A stretch of DNA of 64,000 nt from an uncultured Chitinophagales bacterium. Lineage in GTDB: Bacteria > Bacteroidota > Bacteroidia > Chitinophagales > BACL12. The stretch's first letter is position 1. The number at the start of each line of letters is the position of its first letter. The notes under the pieces were generated by a model that worked only from the letters and a program-made list of their open reading frames with translations, searched no databases and was not told where the DNA came from. Position numbers and translations under genes: made by a program. The stretch lies in NCBI GenBank assembly GCA_964492065.1, contig CAZBHH010000001.1, forward strand, positions 6,500-70,499, in the 5' to 3' direction. Positions 38,015 to 48,674 of the stretch are shown here, in pieces.

Positions 38015-40192
38015 ATGAAGTCTGATACACTGTATCTCGGTGCAATTGTCTGCACAGCATTCCTTGCAATTACCTGTAATACATCAAAAGAAACGGCAGT
38101 CCGGGGGCCGGGACCTGTAATATATCCAAAAACAAAAACTGTGGACAGCGTCGACAACTATTTCGGCACTTTAATTAAAGATCCGTATCGCTGGTTGGAA
38201 AATGAAGGCGATTCGGCAGTGCGTCAGTGGATCGAAGAAGAAAATGCGGTGACTTTTACATATCTGGATGCAATACCCTATCGCAATGATGTAGAAGACA
38301 GGTTGACGGCACTCAACGACTATCCCAAAATGAGTACGCCGTTTCGTGCCGGTAAATATTATTTCGTAAATAAGAACAATGGATTGCAAAATCAGTCGGT
38401 AACGTTTTACAGTGAGGGAATAGACGGCGAAGAAAAAATTTTTCTTGATCCGAATACCCTGAGCGATGACGGCACCGTAACTTCTGGCATAGCCGGATTT
38501 TCCAACGACAGAAAATACGCCGTAATCAGTCAAAGCGCTGCGGGGAGCGATTGGAATGTATTGTTTGTGCGCAACCTGGAAACCAATACAACGCTGGAAG
38601 ATAAAATTGAATGGACTAAATTCAGCGGAGCGGCATGGTATAAAAACGGATTTTTTTACTCTGCCTTTGACAAACCGATTGCCTCTCAGACCTATACCGC
38701 CGCTTCCGAAGGCCAAAAGGTGTATTATCACGCACTCGGCACACCGCAAAGCAACGACAAACTGATTTACCGGGATGCCGAAAATCCACGTATTTACAAC
38801 AGCGTACAGACCACTCAAGATGAGAAATTCATGTTTATTTATCAAAGCGCAGGTACCAGCGGGACCGGAATTCTTTGGAAATATGCGGATGATAAAGCGG
38901 GAAACTTCAAAACTTTATTCGAAGGCTACGATTGGGAATACTCCATCCTGGACAATGCGGGCGACAGCCTCCTGGTGATGACGAATTACAAGGCGCCGAA
39001 TTATAAAGTGGTGTTGGTAGATCCCAACAATCCAAAACCGGAAAACTGGAAAGAGATAATTCCGGAAAAAGCGGAACTACTTGAAAACGTTGTGCTGTCG
39101 GGAGGAAAATTATTTACAATTTACCTTAAAAACGTATCTGCGGTTGTGTATCAATACACCCGTACCGGCACATTGGAGTTTGAAGTCGGATTGCCAGGCC
39201 TCGGAACGGTAAGCGGATTTTACGGTGAGAAAGACGATACGGAAGTGTATTACAGCTTTACCTCATTTACCACGCCTGCCGACATTTATAAATACGATAT
39301 ACAAACAGGTACTTCCACTTTATATAAAAAGAGCGCTATTCAGTTCGATGCATCACAATACGAGACAAAGCAGGTGTTTTATTCCAGCAAAGACGGCACA
39401 AAAATCCCGATGTTTCTCACGTATAAAAAAGGTATTGCACTGGACGGCAGCAATCCGTGTTTTCTCTATGCCTATGGCGGATTTAATATCCCACGCAAAC
39501 CGGAATTCAGCACTACAACAGCCGTATTATTGGAACAGGGTTATGTGTACGCCGTTGCCAACCTGCGGGGCGGCAGCGAATACGGCGAAGAGTGGCACAA
39601 AGCGGGTATGCTCGATAAAAAACAAAATGTATTTGATGATTTTATCGCTGCAGCCGAATATCTCGTCGCCGAAAAATATACTTCGGCAAACAAACTGGCA
39701 GTATACGGCCGCTCAAACGGCGGATTATTAATCGGTGCGGTGATGACGCAGCGCCCCGACTTGTTTGCGGTGGCATTGCCCAGAGTCGGCGTATTGGATA
39801 TGTTGCGTTACCACACATTTACCGTCGGCTGGGGATGGGCTGTGGAATACGGCAGCAGTGAAGTGGAATCACAGTTTAATTACCTCATCAAATATTCGCC
39901 GTTGCACAATGTGAAGGATGGCACTGCATATCCCGCCACATTGATAACCACCGGCGACCACGACGACCGGGTGGTACCCGCCCATTCCTTTAAGTTTGCA
40001 GCCACCTTGCAAAAAGCACAGGCGGGCAATAAACCGGTGTTGATACGCATCGATGTACAGGCCGGGCACGGCGGCGGAAAACCCCTTTCAAAAATTATTG
40101 CTGAAGAGGCCGACCTGATCAGCTTCACCATGTGGAACAGCGGAATTACACAATTCAAACAGGCTGCGACGCAAACGGGTCGAGGTGAATAA
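38015..40192 (+). CDS. Prolyl oligopeptidase (S9A), lipoprotein
   Basis: DPYRWLE, GRSNGG, DDRV, GHG triad; beta-propeller; lipobox AITC. Confidence 0.93.
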   Translation: MKSDTLYLGAIVCTAFLAITCNTSKETAVRGPGPVIYPKTKTVDSVDNYFGTLIKDPYRWLENEGDSAVRQWIEEENAVTFTYLDAIPYRNDVEDRLTALNDYPKMSTPFRAGKYYFVNKNNGLQNQSVTFYSEGIDGEEKIFLDPNTLSDDGTVTSGIAGFSNDRKYAVISQSAAGSDWNVLFVRNLETNTTLEDKIEWTKFSGAAWYKNGFFYSAFDKPIASQTYTAASEGQKVYYHALGTPQSNDKLIYRDAENPRIYNSVQTTQDEKFMFIYQSAGTSGTGILWKYADDKAGNFKTLFEGYDWEYSILDNAGDSLLVMTNYKAPNYKVVLVDPNNPKPENWKEIIPEKAELLENVVLSGGKLFTIYLKNVSAVVYQYTRTGTLEFEVGLPGLGTVSGFYGEKDDTEVYYSFTSFTTPADIYKYDIQTGTSTLYKKSAIQFDASQYETKQVFYSSKDGTKIPMFLTYKKGIALDGSNPCFLYAYGGFNIPRKPEFSTTTAVLLEQGYVYAVANLRGGSEYGEEWHKAGMLDKKQNVFDDFIAAAEYLVAEKYTSANKLAVYGRSNGGLLIGAVMTQRPDLFAVALPRVGVLDMLRYHTFTVGWGWAVEYGSSEVESQFNYLIKYSPLHNVKDGTAYPATLITTGDHDDRVVPAHSFKFAATLQKAQAGNKPVLIRIDVQAGHGGGKPLSKIIAEEADLISFTMWNSGITQFKQAATQTGRGE

Positions 40193-40230
40193 TTGTTTAA
40201 ACAGCGATAACCGGAGGCAACAGGGAAATA

Positions 40231-40262
40231 AAAAAACTCTTTCAACCCGGCATTGAAAGAGT
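40231..40262 (-). terminator. Intrinsic terminator downstream of tRNA-Arg
   Basis: ACTCTTTCAA-N7-TTGAAAGAGT stem with a T-run on the minus strand. Confidence 0.75.
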
Positions 40263-40276
40263 GTTGAATCGGGAAG

Positions 40277-40349
40277 TGACCCCGGCACGACTCGAACGTG
40301 CGGCCATCTGCTTAGAAGGCAGATGCTCTATCCACTGAGCTACGGGGCC
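40277..40349 (-). tRNA. tRNA-Arg (anticodon TCT)
   Basis: GGCCCCG/CGGGGTC acceptor stem, AGCTCAGTGGATAGAGC D-arm, TCTGC-CTTCTAA-GCAGA anticodon arm, TTCGAGT T-loop; CCA not encoded. Confidence 0.95.
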
Positions 40350-40385
40350 GATACGTGCGCAAATTTAAAGAAATCAATACGTTTT

Positions 40386-40760
40386 TTACTTCTTCCGGCT
40401 CAGTTTTGAAAGCGCTATCGTCTCAAAAAATAGAAATGAAAAATAAATCAACGCAAACGGAAGCGCAAAGGCAATTGTAGAGGAATCGGGATAATACTGT
40501 TTATAAACCAATACCAGCGCCCCCGCAATAAACAGCTTGAGAATTATTCCTGCGAAGAAAATTTGCATAAAATTCTGGAAACGCCCGTGCATATTTTTTG
40601 AATACAAATAAAAAGTGCCCAATGTAATTACAAAAAATACGGCATAGCAAATCCATGCAAACCCGATGGCAGGTCTGAATAATTCCGCTGTTCCCAACAG
40701 GAACAAACCAAGGCCTATGACGGCCGCAAAGAGCCAGAATTTCAATATAAACGACCTCAT
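40386..40760 (-). CDS. Four-TM membrane protein, AtpI-like
   Basis: Four hydrophobic segments, GIILKLF, YFSFLFFET; follows the AtpZ-like gene. Confidence 0.65.
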   Translation of the reverse strand: MRSFILKFWLFAAVIGLGLFLLGTAELFRPAIGFAWICYAVFFVITLGTFYLYSKNMHGRFQNFMQIFFAGIILKLFIAGALVLVYKQYYPDSSTIAFALPFALIYFSFLFFETIALSKLSRKK

Positions 40761-41002
40761 TCTTTTTTGGGTGGGTTGATAAACTCTTTTAATACGAGAT
40801 ATAATCCGCTAAACACCCCCAGCAAAGAGAATACAATCTTGAATGCCGGATCGGTACCTAACCAGGCATCCAGTTTTATTCCACCCACTACGCCAATCAG
40901 GATAGCGGCTATCAACTGGAATGCGATATTGGAGTACTTGAGGTAATTACCGAACGCCCGCTTTTTCGGGTTCGATGATGGCCTGGATGGCTTCTTTTGC
41001 AT
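40757..41002 (-). CDS. AtpZ/AtpI-family two-TM protein
   Basis: YLKYSNIAFQL...GGIKLDAWLGT...LLGVFSGLY. Confidence 0.75.
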   Translation of the reverse strand: MQKKPSRPSSNPKKRAFGNYLKYSNIAFQLIAAILIGVVGGIKLDAWLGTDPAFKIVFSLLGVFSGLYLVLKEFINPPKKE

Positions 41003-41390
41003 CCCCTTTCTTCTCTTTTGATCCCATTGTACAAATACCGTTAAACCGGGCACCGTTCTCAATCACTATCTTGGCGGTATAAATATTTCCTTCCACAATA
41101 CAAGTACTTTTTAAGGTGAGCAGTTCACTGACTTCCAGGTCGCCGTTTACCTTGCCTTCGATATCCGCATTTCTGCAAATGATATCCCCGTTCACCAGGC
41201 CGGTGGCGCCGATAGCCACCTTTGCCGCCGTGCGCACAGTGCCTTCTATCACCCCCTCCACCCGCACATCGCCATCGCTCTCCAGTTCACCGGTAAGGGT
41301 AGTGCCTTGATTGATACGATTGGAAATGATCATCCCTTTTCCATTCGTGTATTGACTGGGGGATTCCGATACATTTTTATTGCCGAACAT
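40947..41390 (-). CDS. Bactofilin (polymer-forming cytoskeletal protein)
   Basis: MFG N-terminus, GTTLTGELESDGDVRVEGVIEG, IVIENGARFNG. Confidence 0.92.
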   Translation of the reverse strand: MFGNKNVSESPSQYTNGKGMIISNRINQGTTLTGELESDGDVRVEGVIEGTVRTAAKVAIGATGLVNGDIICRNADIEGKVNGDLEVSELLTLKSTCIVEGNIYTAKIVIENGARFNGICTMGSKEKKGDAKEAIQAIIEPEKAGVR

Positions 41391-41400
41391 TGTTCAAATT

Positions 41401-42282
41401 TTAATTGAAGATAATGAATTCTGCCGGATTTAATGCAATTTTTTCGTGCCACAGCTCAAAATGCAGATGGGGGCCGGAACTGAGCTCACCCGTATTGCCG
41501 ATGATTGCCAGCACATCCCCCGCTTTTACGACATCGCCCTCTTTGCGCAATAGCTGCGAATTGTGCTTATATTGGGAAATCAACCCGTAATCGTGTTGCA
41601 CGATGATGACATTGCCCGCCTGCAGGCTCCAGAATGCCGCAATCACCACGCCATCAAGGCAGCATTTAATAGGGGTATTCTCCTTGGCCACTATATCCGT
41701 CCCGAAATGCCCTTCATTGACATCGAATTCGGCGGTAATCGTACCCTTCAGCGGTGGGAAAAACAACAACGACCTGAAACTCTCCTTGCTGGGGCCGCCT
41801 GCGCCACTTGCCGATAAATTAAATAAATCTTCCTTTTCGACCTCGTCCCGCATTTGTCGATCCAGCTCCGATATTGAGGTTATATCCAATGAGGTGTAGT
41901 CTTTGGTTGAATCGATAATCAGGGCATATTGCGCCGAATCCAGTTCTCCGTTTAACCGCCGCTGCAGGTTGTCAAAATACAGGTTATACGCCCGTAACTG
42001 GAGCAGCATCGAGTCCGTAGTCGCCGAATTGGCCACCGCCTGGCGCATGGTATTGTATTCAGAATAGCCCACCACGTAATTTTTTAAGGGGGTAAACACC
42101 AAAATAGAGTAAACTAAGGCGGTCAATACGACAAAAACAGTACTCAGAATCAGGATGACATTCCAGGTAGTAAGCGTCACTGAAGTGCGCACCTCGAATG
42201 TCTTGTCGTGCATCAAAACCAGCCTGTATTTGTTGCGCAGATTTTGAAACCATGTTTTGCGGCCGGCGGACGTTTTACCCAT
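41401..42282 (-). CDS. M23-family metallopeptidase with N-terminal TM helix
   Basis: HFGTD (HxxxD) and GPHLHFE (HxH) motifs. Confidence 0.9.
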   Translation of the reverse strand: MGKTSAGRKTWFQNLRNKYRLVLMHDKTFEVRTSVTLTTWNVILILSTVFVVLTALVYSILVFTPLKNYVVGYSEYNTMRQAVANSATTDSMLLQLRAYNLYFDNLQRRLNGELDSAQYALIIDSTKDYTSLDITSISELDRQMRDEVEKEDLFNLSASGAGGPSKESFRSLLFFPPLKGTITAEFDVNEGHFGTDIVAKENTPIKCCLDGVVIAAFWSLQAGNVIIVQHDYGLISQYKHNSQLLRKEGDVVKAGDVLAIIGNTGELSSGPHLHFELWHEKIALNPAEFIIFN

Positions 42283-42350
42283 ATACTGTTAAATCTAAAT
42301 AATCTGCCCTTTTTAAAATATTTTTGTAGCAGTTTGGTTATATATATTCA

Positions 42351-45011
42351 ATGTCAATAACGATTTTGAAACGCAACACAATACACATATCCTTTGCAAT
42401 TTTAAGCCTTTTTTGCCTATCTGCGTGCGCATCTTCCAAAAAGTCTGCTAAGGACAACTGGTTGAGCCGCGGTTACCACAATATTACGGCAAGAGACAAT
42501 GGCTATTTCAATGCAAAGCTGCTCATGCAGCAAAATGAAAAAATGCAATGGACCAATCAGAAGGACAATTATACGGCCTTACTGCCCGTGTTTAAATACG
42601 GCGATCAGCAAACCGTGCAAACTATGGCGCCATCCTATGACGAGATCATTAAAAAATCATCAATCGCCATTCAGTTGCACCCGAAAAGCCGATGGGTGGA
42701 TGATTGTTACCTGTTAATCGGAAAGTCAAACTTCTATAAGGGCGCATACGAGGAGTCGCTCAAGACATTCCAATACGTCGTTTCCAAATACTCAGAACCC
42801 AAAAAGAAAAAATCAAAACACAAGCGGAGAAACAAGAAGAAAAAACAAGACACCGGCGAAAAGAAACTGCTGGATGTATTTAAACACCACCCGGCCCATC
42901 ATGCCGCCTCTCTCTGGATTGTGCGCTCATTGATTGAGCAAAAACAATTTGCCGACGCCCAAACCGCTTTGAGTGTCATTAAGAGTCAGAAGAATTTTCC
43001 CGAAAGACTTTACAGTGAGTTGTATGCCGTCGAAGCGGATTTATACCTGAAACAAAATCAATTCGACGGCGCCATACTCCCGCTGGAAAATGCCATTGAA
43101 TACACAAAGGATAAAGCGCTGAAGGCGAGGTATTACTTTATCCTCGCTCAATTGCACGAGAAAAAAGGCGAAAGCCCGCTTGCCATTGAATCGCTGAAAA
43201 AGGTAATTGGCTTAAAGCCGGATTATATCACCGACTTTTACGCACGCCTGGCAATTGCAAAAATCGGGATGAACAACTACGGATTCTCCGATGCCTCCAC
43301 TTTAAAGACACTCCAGGAGATGGCCACCTCCGAGAAGTATAAAGAATTCTACGGACTGTTGTATTATACCCTCGCTGAAATTGAACTGGCGAAAAAGGAT
43401 AAAGAACAAGCGCTTGTGTATTTAAACCTGGCGGTGCGCAACGGCGATAGCGATCCTGAACAGAAAGCGCTGAGTTATATGAAGCTGGGCGATATCTATT
43501 ACCAGGATATCAATTACCCAATGTCATACAATTACTACGACAGTTGTTTGATAACATTGCCCAAGACTAACGAGCGCTACAATCAAATGCTGGACCGCAG
43601 GGATGGATTGGGCGAACTGGTGAAATACCTCAAGGTAATCGAAACCGAAAAAAAACTGCAATACCTCGCTTCGCTGAACGAGTGGGACCTGGAGAAAGAG
43701 TTGGATAAGATATTAGCCGAACAGGAAGAAAAAATACAAAATCAGCAATTCCTGGAATCGGATGAGGGACAAACCAAAACGGAAACTACGGGAGGCAGCG
43801 GCGATTTCTACTTCTACAATTCCTTATTAATGTCCAAAGGCTTTACTGAATTTAAACGCATTTGGGGCAACAGGAAACTGGAAGACAACTGGCGGCGCAG
43901 CGATAAAACTTCAACGGAGGAATTGGCAAATGAAAATACAAATGGCGACAAACAGGAGGAAACCACTGTGGATTTTTCCAGCGACAAGTTAACCCGTGCA
44001 GATATAATCGCCAGCCTACCCACAACGGAAGCCAAACTGAAGGCTTCCAATGAAAAAATTGCCGTTGCTTTGTACAACGCCGGCACCGTGTACAAACAGC
44101 GGTTTAACCAACTGACAGAAGCACGGGCCAGGTTCAGGGAAAATGTAGATAACTATCCCGACAATACTTATGAACTCCAGGCTTTGTATCAATTGTATCT
44201 GATTGAAACAGCCGGCGCACAGAGAGATGCGTATAAAAATAAAATCCTTGAAAAATACCCCGAAAGTCTGTTTGCCAATATAATCCGCGATCCCGACTAC
44301 CTGGAAAAGCAGATGCACAAGAATGCACAGGTAGAAGAATATTATACCACTACATTAAACCTGTATAACGAAGGTTCCTATTCCGCGGTCGCTTCCCGCC
44401 TTGCCGCCGTGGACAGCCTGTTTAAGGAAAATCCCTATAAACCGAAATTCGACATGCTCAATGCATTGATAATCGCAACTACCGGTGATAAGGACGCCTT
44501 TGTAGAAGCGCTCGAAAAAGTGGTGGCCAATTATCCCACCGATGAAGTCGGCATTAAGGCGAAGGAAATATTGCTCGGCATGGGTTACTCGGAAAAGGTG
44601 GTAAAGGATACCGAAATTGTTGACCCAAACACCAATTATACTTTTAATGCGTCCGAAGAACATTATTTTCTTGCCGTAATTAATGTGGCAGGGAAAGCCG
44701 CAGGCACTCTGAAAAACAATCTATCCTCATTTAATTCCAAAAATTACAGCCTGAAGAATCTCCGGGTCAGCTCCCTGTTGCTGGGAAAAGAAAAAACGCT
44801 TATTATGATCAAATCTTTCCCGGAAAACACTTCCGCATTGGAGTATTACGCCAACGTCAATAAAAATGAGGCTGAAATTCTGACCGGTGTTAATGTGGAA
44901 GGAATCGTTTTTATGGTGATTGCCAAAAGCAATTATATCCAGTTTTATAAAAGCAAGGATGTGGATGCATATCTGCAGTTTTTTGAAGAGAATTACCTGG
45001 AGAACAAATAA
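42351..45011 (+). CDS. sprE: TPR lipoprotein of the T9SS, SprE/PorW
   Basis: LSAC lipobox, YHNITARDNGYFNA, many TPRs, WGNRKLEDNWRR; synteny with M23/bactofilin. Confidence 0.8.
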   Translation: MSITILKRNTIHISFAILSLFCLSACASSKKSAKDNWLSRGYHNITARDNGYFNAKLLMQQNEKMQWTNQKDNYTALLPVFKYGDQQTVQTMAPSYDEIIKKSSIAIQLHPKSRWVDDCYLLIGKSNFYKGAYEESLKTFQYVVSKYSEPKKKKSKHKRRNKKKKQDTGEKKLLDVFKHHPAHHAASLWIVRSLIEQKQFADAQTALSVIKSQKNFPERLYSELYAVEADLYLKQNQFDGAILPLENAIEYTKDKALKARYYFILAQLHEKKGESPLAIESLKKVIGLKPDYITDFYARLAIAKIGMNNYGFSDASTLKTLQEMATSEKYKEFYGLLYYTLAEIELAKKDKEQALVYLNLAVRNGDSDPEQKALSYMKLGDIYYQDINYPMSYNYYDSCLITLPKTNERYNQMLDRRDGLGELVKYLKVIETEKKLQYLASLNEWDLEKELDKILAEQEEKIQNQQFLESDEGQTKTETTGGSGDFYFYNSLLMSKGFTEFKRIWGNRKLEDNWRRSDKTSTEELANENTNGDKQEETTVDFSSDKLTRADIIASLPTTEAKLKASNEKIAVALYNAGTVYKQRFNQLTEARARFRENVDNYPDNTYELQALYQLYLIETAGAQRDAYKNKILEKYPESLFANIIRDPDYLEKQMHKNAQVEEYYTTTLNLYNEGSYSAVASRLAAVDSLFKENPYKPKFDMLNALIIATTGDKDAFVEALEKVVANYPTDEVGIKAKEILLGMGYSEKVVKDTEIVDPNTNYTFNASEEHYFLAVINVAGKAAGTLKNNLSSFNSKNYSLKNLRVSSLLLGKEKTLIMIKSFPENTSALEYYANVNKNEAEILTGVNVEGIVFMVIAKSNYIQFYKSKDVDAYLQFFEENYLENK

Positions 45012-45014
45012 CAC

Positions 45015-47306
45015 ATGACGCTTAAAGAACAATACTATTTTTATCGCAAATACGTAATCTGGTTTTGGCTGATACTTTTATCGGGCATTGCGTTGTTTGT
45101 TTTATTTATTTACCTCGTAAGTATCGGCACTTTTGGCGCACTGCCCGGCTTTGAAGAATTGGAGAATCCGCAAAGCAATTTAGCTACCCAGGTAATTTCC
45201 AGCGATGGAGAATTGATCGGGAGATATTATAAAGAAAACAGGACCAATGCCACCTTCGACGAAATTCCCACGCATTTAACACAAGCACTCGTATCAACGG
45301 AAGATGAGCGGTTTTACAGACATTCGGGAATCGACATCCGCTCGCTGGGAAGGGTAATTGTGAAAACCATCCTGTTGCGCCAGGAAGATGCGGGAGGCGG
45401 CAGTACACTCAGCCAGCAATTGGCAAAAAATTTATACGGCAGGCCGACGAGTGATAATATCTTTTCGCTGGCAATGATCAAATTCAAAGAATGGATTACT
45501 GCCGCAAAACTGGAGCGGCGCTATACCAAGGATGAAATACTGCTGATGTACCTCAACACCGTGGAATACATTTACGATGCACACGGCGTAAAGACGGCGG
45601 CAAAAACATTTTTTAATAAAGATGTCGATTCATTGCATATTGAAGAATCCGCCGTGTTAGTGGGTATGGTAAAAAATCCTTCTCTCTATAACCCGGTGCG
45701 ATATCCCGATAAAACCCTGGAGCGACGCAATGTGGTCCTGGCTCAAATGATGCATGCAAATTATCTTTCCCGGGCACAATTTGATTCGTTAAAGTTGTTG
45801 CCTTTGGATATCTCTCATTTTCGCCGACAGGATCACACAACGGGAGAAGCTACTTATTTCAGAGAATACCTGCGCCTGTGGCTGGCAGACTGGGTTAAGG
45901 CAAATCCAAAACCCGACGGCAGCACCTGGGATATCTACCGCGATGGATTGCGCATCTATACCACCATTGATTCAAAAATGCAACAATACGCCGAAGAGGC
46001 CTCGGCCGAATGGCTGACCAAACTGCAGGCGGAATTCGATAAGCACTGGAAAGGCAATAAGTATGAACCCTGGAGCTACCCCTATAGCGGGCGCACACAA
46101 CCCGACCTGATTGACAGGGCAATGAAGACTTCCGAACGCTACCGCAAACTTAAAAAGCAGGGCATGTCGGAATCTGCAATTGTCGAGAATTTCAATACGC
46201 CTGTTGAGATGACGCTGTTTTCCTGGAAGGCGCCGGGCAGGGATTTGGACACATTGATTTCTCCCTACGATTCAATTAAGTACTGTAAGAAAATACTGCA
46301 CCCGGGTTTCATGGCCATGGACCCGCATACCGGTGAAATCAAAGCCTGGGTTGGCGGCGTCGATTTGCGCTACTTTCAATTGGATCACGTAAACCCTTCC
46401 ACCAAGCGCCAGGTAGGTTCCACTTTTAAACCGTTTGTTTATACAGCAGCAATTGCCGACAAGGGCTTTTCTCCCTGCCAGGAAGTTCCCAATATTCAGA
46501 TCACTTTTGAAAAGGGAAGCAAATGGGGACTACTCCAGGACTGGACTCCTAAAAACAGCGATGGAAAATATGGCGGCATGTTGACCTTAAGCATGGGATT
46601 GGGAAAATCGGTGAATACCATCACCGCATATTTACTCCGCGAAGTTGGCATTCAGCCGGTTATTGATTTAGCCCATAATTTGGGCATTGAATCTGATTTG
46701 CCCTTCCAGCCATCCATCTGCCTTGGTGTCAGCGATATATCCGTTTACGAGATGACCGCCGCATACAGCGCTTATGCCAATAAAGGCGTAGCAGTACGCC
46801 CGACATTTATCACACGCATTGAAGATAAAAACGGAAATATCATCGCCGAATTTCCCGTTCAAAAAGTGGAAGTTATGCGGGAGGAGATCGCCCATGTCAT
46901 GTTGAACATGTTGCAATACGTGGTTAATTACGGAACCGGTAACCGCCTGCGCAGAGAAGCCTATGGTGGTATTACGGGAGAAGTTGCCGGCAAAACGGGA
47001 ACAACACAGGAAAATACCGACGGCTGGTTTATGGGCATCACACCTCAATTAGTATGTGGCACCTGGGTAGGCGCCGATGACCCGGTAGTACATTTTCGCT
47101 CGACCGCTTTGGGACAGGGTGCTAATATGGCCTTGCCCATTTACGGATTGTTTCTGCGCAAACTCTATGATGACCCGTCAACCGGTATCAATCCGGGCGC
47201 CAAATTTCCACCCTTTGAAGGCACTAAGACCATCGAATTGGATTGCAGCAAATACAAAACAAAACGGGATAATGTTTATGAAGAATTACTGGAAGGTTAC
47301 CAGTAA
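45015..47306 (+). CDS. Class A penicillin-binding protein (PBP1A)
   Basis: EDERFY, GGSTLSQQLAK (TG); STFK, SVN, KTGT (TP). Confidence 0.93.
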   Translation: MTLKEQYYFYRKYVIWFWLILLSGIALFVLFIYLVSIGTFGALPGFEELENPQSNLATQVISSDGELIGRYYKENRTNATFDEIPTHLTQALVSTEDERFYRHSGIDIRSLGRVIVKTILLRQEDAGGGSTLSQQLAKNLYGRPTSDNIFSLAMIKFKEWITAAKLERRYTKDEILLMYLNTVEYIYDAHGVKTAAKTFFNKDVDSLHIEESAVLVGMVKNPSLYNPVRYPDKTLERRNVVLAQMMHANYLSRAQFDSLKLLPLDISHFRRQDHTTGEATYFREYLRLWLADWVKANPKPDGSTWDIYRDGLRIYTTIDSKMQQYAEEASAEWLTKLQAEFDKHWKGNKYEPWSYPYSGRTQPDLIDRAMKTSERYRKLKKQGMSESAIVENFNTPVEMTLFSWKAPGRDLDTLISPYDSIKYCKKILHPGFMAMDPHTGEIKAWVGGVDLRYFQLDHVNPSTKRQVGSTFKPFVYTAAIADKGFSPCQEVPNIQITFEKGSKWGLLQDWTPKNSDGKYGGMLTLSMGLGKSVNTITAYLLREVGIQPVIDLAHNLGIESDLPFQPSICLGVSDISVYEMTAAYSAYANKGVAVRPTFITRIEDKNGNIIAEFPVQKVEVMREEIAHVMLNMLQYVVNYGTGNRLRREAYGGITGEVAGKTGTTQENTDGWFMGITPQLVCGTWVGADDPVVHFRSTALGQGANMALPIYGLFLRKLYDDPSTGINPGAKFPPFEGTKTIELDCSKYKTKRDNVYEELLEGYQ

Positions 47307-47374
47307 TCACATGCGCATCTGTCGTCCATAGAGACTTGTGCCTGTGTTAAATTTGAAATGACAATACTTGAAAA

Positions 47375-47854
47375 ATGCACATCGAAGCAAATTCCGTGGA
47401 TGACTACATACAGGCAATCTCCGGCGACAGGAAAACCGCTGTGATAACATTGCGCAATACCATACGCAAGAGTTTACCGCCGGGCTATACGGAAATATTT
47501 GCATACAATATGCCTGCTTACGCAGTTCCTCACTCTGTGTATCCGGCGGGATATCACGTAGATCCAAAAATACCGTTGATGTTGATGAGTTTTGCATCGC
47601 AAAAGAATTTTATCTCCGTGTACCACATGGGTTTGTATATGGATGATGCATTAATGCATTGGTTTAAGGCGGCCTATTCTGACAGGGTTAAGACAAAATT
47701 GGATATGGGGAAGAGTTGTATCCGGTTTAAAAACCCCGGGGCAATCCCCTACGGTTTAATTGCCGAATTAGCATCTAAGCTTACTGTCAACCAGTGGATT
47801 GCGCTGTATGAAAGTAAATTAACCGTTAACCCGAAGCATTCAAAAGGAATTTGA
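47375..47854 (+). CDS. DUF1801 (YdhG-like) protein
   Basis: SVDDYI, FASQKNFISVY, DMGKSCIRFK. Confidence 0.85.
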   Translation: MHIEANSVDDYIQAISGDRKTAVITLRNTIRKSLPPGYTEIFAYNMPAYAVPHSVYPAGYHVDPKIPLMLMSFASQKNFISVYHMGLYMDDALMHWFKAAYSDRVKTKLDMGKSCIRFKNPGAIPYGLIAELASKLTVNQWIALYESKLTVNPKHSKGI

Positions 47855-47859
47855 TACAC

Positions 47860-48651
47860 ATGCAATTGAAGAGAGGCTTCATTTCACAGTTCGGGCATCG
47901 GTGCATTCTGTGCATGCCGATAGCTCTTTCTATATGTCTCATTTTATTTTCTTCATCCGGCTTGCACAATAGAACCCCTACCCGTGAAATTACAGTGAGC
48001 TTGAATTTTGAAGAGGTAGATTCTGATTTTCTCACCGGCAGAAAGAATTATTACACGGATGAAAATTTTATGGAGATACCCGCTTATCAGGCGTACAGGA
48101 AAGAAATGTTCCTGCTGAAAGATACCTACCACGCATTTGCAAAGATGTACGATGCTGCAAAAGCGGATGGTATTACATTAAAAATCATATCCGCCTCCCG
48201 CACGTTTGACGAGCAGAAAAATGTTTGGGAAGATAAATGGAAGAAGAATGCAACGGCATATCCCGACCCGGTTGAACGGGCGCAGTACATTTTGCAATTC
48301 AGCGCCATGCCCGGTACGAGCCGCCACCATTGGGGAACTGAAATTGATTTGAACAGCCTGCAAAATTCCTATTTTGAAACGGCAGCCGGAAAGAAAATCT
48401 ACGACTGGCTGCAAACGCATGCACAGGCGTACGGATTTTGCCAGACTTATAATAGCTATACAATTCGCGGTGGCGGCTATAATGAAGAAAAGTGGCATTG
48501 GTCATTCTATCCCATTTCCGACAGCCTGTTGACGCTGTTCAAACAGAAAGTGGATTTGAGAAATATGCATGGTTTTTCCGGTGTGGAAACTGCCGGGCAG
48601 TTACATGTGTTAAGCGATTATATCCTGAAGGTTAATTATGAATGTGATTAA
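47860..48651 (+). CDS. M15B (VanY-like) D,D-carboxypeptidase
   Basis: SAMPGTSRHHWGTEID, EEKWHWS. Confidence 0.85.
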   Translation: MQLKRGFISQFGHRCILCMPIALSICLILFSSSGLHNRTPTREITVSLNFEEVDSDFLTGRKNYYTDENFMEIPAYQAYRKEMFLLKDTYHAFAKMYDAAKADGITLKIISASRTFDEQKNVWEDKWKKNATAYPDPVERAQYILQFSAMPGTSRHHWGTEIDLNSLQNSYFETAAGKKIYDWLQTHAQAYGFCQTYNSYTIRGGGYNEEKWHWSFYPISDSLLTLFKQKVDLRNMHGFSGVETAGQLHVLSDYILKVNYECD

Positions 48652-48674
48652 TTTGCACAGCGGTTGTATGGCAC

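Noticed and set aside
40277-40349. Integrated element at tRNA-Arg
   Set aside because: No integrase and no duplicated tRNA 3' end (att site) seen in the window
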